From: Candidatus Latescibacterota bacterium
Lineage (GTDB): Bacteria > Latescibacterota > UBA2968
NCBI GenBank assembly: GCA_965198115.1
Contig: OZ240241.1
Location: 2,592,001-2,656,000, forward strand
Length of the DNA stretch: 64,000 nucleotides
Reading direction: 5' to 3'
The notes beneath the pieces are model-generated. The model ran no database searches and was not told the DNA's origin. It saw nothing but the letters and a program-made list of their open reading frames with translations. The position numbers and the translations under genes are program-made. Shown piece after piece: positions 61,650 through 64,000 of this stretch (the first letter of the stretch is position 1; each line of letters begins with the position of its first letter).

Positions 61650-63073
61650 TTAGCGCTATTCTCCCCCGATCCAAACCCACCACTTTCGCGCGGCCCAACC
61701 CGAGCGGCCGCCCGCCTCTCTCCAGGGGGCCGGGTCTCATCATCCTGCTCCTCGGATTGGTCGCTTTGTGCGCCTCCAGGGCAGACCTCGCCGGCTCGGA
61801 ATGGCACGTTGCCACCCATCCCGTTCCTACAGCTCCGATCCTCACGCTGCAGGAACCCGAATCCGATGATCCCATACCGCCCTCGGAGCCTGCGCTGACC
61901 GAACTTACAGGGATCATCGGTCGGGGAGAAGTCTTTTCAGAAGCACTCAAACGCCAGGGCCTCGGACACGACGCCGTCTTCGAGCTCGTCCTTTCCCTCA
62001 GGAAGGGCATCCATCGCGCCGAGTTCAATCCGAACATCGTCCAGCGAGGCGATCGATACCGTGTCGGCCTCGACACGGCCGGCGTTGTCCAGACCTTCGA
62101 ATTCGTCAAGCGTGGGGCCATCGCGACTCGGTTTGTCGCCGTTCGCGAACAGGGTGAACTCGTCGCACGAAAAGAACAGGCCGTGCTCGATCGCCAGGTC
62201 GTCGTCGTATCGGGCGGTATCGAGGGCACGATCTGGAATGCCATCCGAACCGCGGGTGAGAACCCGGACCTTCTCAGTTCGCGGCTGATCGAGATTTTCG
62301 AATACGACATCGACTTCATGGTCGACTGTCGTCCCGACGACGCATTCGCCGTGGCCGTCGAAAAACTCTACAAAGACGGCGAGTTCGTCCGCTACGGCGA
62401 CGTCCTCGCGGCTCAGTACCGTGCGTCCCGCGACACCTACCACGCTTATCTGTTCGAAACACCCGAGGGCGACCGGGGCTACCACGACGCCGAGGGAAGA
62501 TCGCTGCGTGGCATTTTTCTCAAATCGCCGCTCAATTATCGACGCATCAACTCGGGCTACACGAGTCGACGGTTCCACCCCGTCCTCAAAAAGTATCTCG
62601 CCCACCACGGGATCGACTACGCAGCAGACTACGGCACACCTGTCTGGGCGACCGCCGACGGTGTCGTCGTGTTCTCCGGACGCAAGGGAGCGCTCGGGAC
62701 CTACGTCGAAGTGCAGCACAAGAACGGCTACAAGACCGGCTATGGCCACCTGAGCCGCATTTCCAGAACCATCCGCAAGGGGGCACGGATCAAGCAAAAG
62801 CAGATCGTCGGCTACGTCGGCGCGACGGGGCGGGCAACGGGTCCTCACCTGCACTACAACTTCTACTCGAAGGTCGGTGGCAAACATCGTCTCACGAACC
62901 CCTCCCGCGTCGTGAACCGCCCAACGGGTAAGACCGTTCCCCCGACGCTGCTCGAACGCTTCGCCGCCCATCGCGATCACCTCGACGCGCTCCTCGCGTG
63001 GGAAAGCGGGTCGATCGTGACCGCCCACATCGATCTGTCCATCGATTCCGCCCTCGACTACCCCACCGAATAG
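61650..63073 (+). CDS. M23 family peptidoglycan endopeptidase (start uncertain)
   Basis: N-terminal TM, RFHPV, HHGIDY, YGHL, ATGPHLHY. Confidence 0.9.
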
Positions 63074-63075
63074 CG

Positions 63076-63501
63076 ATGACCGAGGACACCTCCTCTTTCT
63101 TCGACCAGATCGACGAACTCGCCCAGGCGCATCCACGCTTCCGGCGCGAGGCCTACCTCTTCATCTACTCTGCCCTCGACCATACCGTGCGCAGCCTCCA
63201 TCGCGATCGTACCGACGCGACGGCAGGACGGCACGTGACCGGACGGGAACTGTGCCTCGGCATCGCCGAATACGGACGTGCGCAATTTGGGCCCCTTGTC
63301 CGAAGCGTTTTCCACCACTGGGGCATCCACACGACCGCGGATTTTGGAGAAATCGTCTTCACCCTCGTCGACCGCGGGCTCATGAGCAAGACCGAAGACG
63401 ACCGTTGCGAGGATTTCGAGCACATCTACGACTTCGATGACGTCTTCGACCCCCGCAGGATCCAGAGCGACCTGCAGGAGCTCGACCTCGAAGCCTTCTG
63501 A
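63076..63501 (+). CDS. Minf_1886-like conserved hypothetical protein
   Basis: EAYLF, RHVTGREL, FGPL, WGI.TT.DFGEIVF.LV, EDF..YDF. Confidence 0.8.
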   Translation: MTEDTSSFFDQIDELAQAHPRFRREAYLFIYSALDHTVRSLHRDRTDATAGRHVTGRELCLGIAEYGRAQFGPLVRSVFHHWGIHTTADFGEIVFTLVDRGLMSKTEDDRCEDFEHIYDFDDVFDPRRIQSDLQELDLEAF

Positions 63502-63504
63502 CCG

Positions 63505-64000
63505 ATGATCGCCTACTTCGACTGCTTCGCCGGCATCAGCGGAGACATGGTCCTCGGGGCCCTTGTCGACGCGGGCCTGCCCATCGACACCCTCCGTTCC
63601 GGCCTCGACCGACTCAACCTACCCGGCGAGTTCACCCTCACCGCACGAAAGGTCGAAAAGCACGGCATCGCCGCGACGAAGGTCGACGTCGACGCCCACG
63701 AGGGACACGTTCACCGACACCTCGGCGACATTCTGACGATCCTCGACGAGAGCGATCTCGACCCGGCGACCGCCGAGCGGGCTAGCGCCGTCTTTCGAAC
63801 GCTTGCCGAAGCCGAGGCCCGGGTCCACGGCACGACGCCGGAAAGCGTGCACTTCCACGAGGTCGGCGCGGTCGACGCCATCGTCGACATCGTCGGCGCC
63901 ATCGTCGGCCTCGACCTCCTCGGAGTCGACGAAGTCCACGCCAGCGCACTTTCCGTCGGCACGGGTGTGACCCGCAGCGCACACGGCCGAATCCCGATCC
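63505..64000 (+). CDS. larC: Nickel pincer cofactor biosynthesis protein LarC (runs off the window)
   Basis: MIAYFDCFAGISGDMVLGALVDAG, AEARVHG, VHFHEVGAVDAIVDI. Confidence 0.9.
   Translation, partial: MIAYFDCFAGISGDMVLGALVDAGLPIDTLRSGLDRLNLPGEFTLTARKVEKHGIAATKVDVDAHEGHVHRHLGDILTILDESDLDPATAERASAVFRTLAEAEARVHGTTPESVHFHEVGAVDAIVDIVGAIVGLDLLGVDEVHASALSVGTGVTRSAHGRIPI

Noticed and set aside
61937-63136. 399-aa minus-strand ORF next to IS200 tnpA (possible tnpB)
   Set aside because: Lies outside the IS hairpins, is antisense to the M23 gene, and has no RuvC or zinc-finger motifs

Overview
GC-rich bacterial window with two parts. (1) About 1-45 kb is an accessory catabolic and sensing region. It holds three enolase-superfamily enzymes, two Gfo/Idh/MocA and two zinc-binding dehydrogenases, two lactonases, two aldolase-type enzymes, two sulfatases, a GH4 glycosidase, several hydrolases and two transporters. 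It also holds two large beta-propeller sensor histidine kinases plus the stump of a third, and an IS630. (2) About 45-64 kb is a housekeeping block: rplM-rpsI-rpsB-tsf-frr (no pyrH), dapL, an NHL / large barrel-like / Omp85 gene trio, fliL, a CCA-adding enzyme, murA (Cys-to-Asp type), rlmN, an IS200, an M23 peptidase and larC. Gene content and order suggest an FCB-group lineage such as Latescibacterota; this is inference only. Many ORFs are split by small indels, which may be long-read errors or real decay. The most unusual signals are: a dense set of nested palindromic mini-elements and 7/9-mer micro-repeats that also sit in-frame inside the kinases; a thrice-repeated 21-bp motif tied to those runs; an IS630 left end that truncates one kinase and points into another; and a circularly permuted, apparently catalytically dead alpha/beta-hydrolase fused to a methyltransferase. 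No tRNA, rRNA or CRISPR array was seen.
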